From the IMG/VR virus record IMGVR_UViG_3300045988_001120, positions 1 through 5,711 of that record: a DNA stretch of 5,711 bases, one strand, 5' to 3'. The notes beneath the pieces were generated by a model. It searched no databases, was not told the origin of the DNA, and saw only the letters and a list, made by a program, of their open reading frames with translations. The translations under genes and the position numbers were made by a program. Positions 5,026 through 5,711 of this stretch are shown here, in pieces. Positions within the stretch are counted from its first letter, which is position 1. The number at the start of each line of letters is the position of its first letter. This stretch comes from a virus.

Positions 5026-5148
5026 ATGGCACTGATTTCCATTAAGGACGTCAAACAGGCAATCCGCATTATGATGCAGATTCTGGAAAAGCTTGACGAA
5101 ATCTATCACGCGCTGCATGATAGCATCAACGAAAACGAAAAGGAGTAA
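5026..5148 (+). CDS. Hypothetical small protein, 40 aa (MALISIKDVKQAIRIMMQILEKLDEIYHALHDSINENEKE)
   Basis: ATG 5026 lies 6 nt after AAAGGGGG (5012-5019) and 1 nt after the peptidase stop. The composition is helical and amphipathic. No family was recognised. Confidence 0.45.
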   Translation: MALISIKDVKQAIRIMMQILEKLDEIYHALHDSINENEKE

Positions 5149-5152
5149 AACC

Positions 5153-5380
5153 ATGACAAGAACGACATGGAATGCAAGAGACACCCCCAAAGCAGCATTA
5201 GAAGAGCTGCTCGCACGAAAATACAAAGAAATTGATAGCAATTACAAAATGCTAAGAAAAGTAGCCAACGCCGAAGATGCAAAAAAGTTGATTGACGAAA
5301 TTTGGCAAATGAAAGACTTTGCAAATAGCATTGAAATAGAACTAATGAGGAGGGAATACAAAAATGGCACGACATCGTAA
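5153..5380 (+). CDS. Hypothetical protein, 75 aa, charged/helical (MTRTTWNARDTPKAALEELLARKYKEIDSNYKMLRKV...)
   Basis: ATG 5153 lies 7 nt after AAAGGAG (5139-5145) and 4 nt after the previous stop. The gene is packed in series with its neighbours. No family was recognised and no transmembrane segment is visible. Confidence 0.5.
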   Translation: MTRTTWNARDTPKAALEELLARKYKEIDSNYKMLRKVANAEDAKKLIDEIWQMKDFANSIEIELMRREYKNGTTS

Positions 5381-5486
5381 AGTAATGGGCGGCGCAAAAG
5401 ACCGCCGTATGTTTAACGTAACCGCACGAAAAACCAAAACCATCAACCTCAGCCAGAAGCCTATGCGTGGTGGCATCCGGCTGTAA
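5364..5486 (+). CDS. Small basic DNA-binding/packaging protein, gokushovirus ORF8 / phiX174 J-like, 40 aa
   Basis: Hand-translated as MARHRKVMGGAKDRRMFNVTARKTKTINLSQKPMRGGIRL, ending at TAA 5484-5486. AGGAGG at 5348-5353 is 10 nt upstream of the ATG. The protein is Arg/Lys-rich, and the C-terminal MRGGIRL matches the ending I recall for gokushovirus ORF8-type proteins. It is below the ORF-track size cut-off and overlaps the previous ORF by 17 nt. Confidence 0.7.
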   Translation: MARHRKVMGGAKDRRMFNVTARKTKTINLSQKPMRGGIRL

Positions 5487-5504
5487 AAAAGGAGAGTAGA
5501 TATC

Positions 5505-5711
5505 ATGCAGCATGAATATTTTGGCCTGTGGGACAGTGTAGCAAAGTGCTATGCATGGGTAGGCGAGAGCAAGAACAATGCAACCTTTGCACGCATGTGC
5601 AACGTAATGGCAAAGGATGAAAAAACGTTTGTAGGACAAGCACCTGGGGACTATACCGGCTTCAGACTGGCAGCGTTTGACGATGAAACCGGCGAGTTTA
5701 CCAACGACAAG
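5505..5711 (+). CDS. VP5: VP5/ORF5-like non-structural protein, 5' part (79 aa in total once joined across the circular junction to position 88)
   Basis: ATG 5505 lies 10 nt after AAGGAGA (5488-5494). The frame stays open to the window end: MQHEYFGLWDSVAKCYAWVGESKNNATFARMCNVMAKDEKTFVGQAPGDYTGFRLAAFDDETGEFTNDK. The pattern (WDSVAK.., ..ATFARM.., DYTGFRLAAFDDETGEF) resembles conserved blocks of gokushovirus ORF5 proteins as I recall them. It is missing from the track because no stop lies inside the window. Confidence 0.68.
   Translation, partial: MQHEYFGLWDSVAKCYAWVGESKNNATFARMCNVMAKDEKTFVGQAPGDYTGFRLAAFDDETGEFTNDK
5657..5711. repeat. Terminal redundancy (copy 2), identical to 1-55
   Basis: See feature 1-55. 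Confidence 0.9.

Noticed and set aside
4930-5152. Longer versions of the two small ORFs (4930..5148 and 5093..5380 as listed in the track)
   Set aside because: The upstream parts overlap the peptidase or the preceding ORF and lack an SD. The internal ATGs at 5026 and 5153 each sit right after the previous stop and have strong SDs.
868-5639. All other minus-strand ORFs in the track (868-1095, 1132-1404, 1203-1397, 1376-1750, 2000-2386, 2218-2472, 2513-2719, 2559-2807, 2902-3093, 3768-4049, 4779-5069, 4957-5241, 5106-5639)
   Set aside because: Each is antisense to a well-supported + strand gene and has Cys/Phe/Leu-rich shadow-frame composition. None has a convincing RBS, and none is consistent with the single-strand coding of this virus family.

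Overview
The window is a complete, circularly permuted genome of a Microviridae ssDNA phage that looks Gokushovirinae-like. Bases 1-55 are identical to 5657-5711, so the unit length is 5656 nt. All convincing genes lie on the + strand, which is visibly A-rich and T-poor. The circular order is VP5-like (spans the junction and is absent from the ORF track), VP3 scaffold, VP1 major capsid, VP2 pilot/minor capsid, VP4 HUH replication initiator, a ~590-nt non-coding region (4041-4631), an M15-family zinc peptidase (putative endolysin), two small unknown ORFs, a 40-aa basic ORF8/J-like protein (also absent from the track), then VP5-like again. Genes are tightly coupled through GTGA, ATGA and ATGAATAA overlaps. 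Their Shine-Dalgarno sites are strong (AAGGAG, GGAGG, AAAGGGGG), which together with a perfect TTGACA-17-TATAAT promoter suggests a host with canonical SD/sigma70 signals. The unusual part is the accessory region between VP4 and ORF8. It holds a 13-bp hairpin, a ~44-nt alternating-CG palindrome, about ten same-strand TGTTGAA iterons in two clusters, and a consensus promoter overlapping a hairpin plus T-tract. It also holds the peptidase gene, which is bracketed by a TACAGA(CA)AAGGGGG direct repeat. Protein family calls rest on motifs recognised from memory; no database search was possible.
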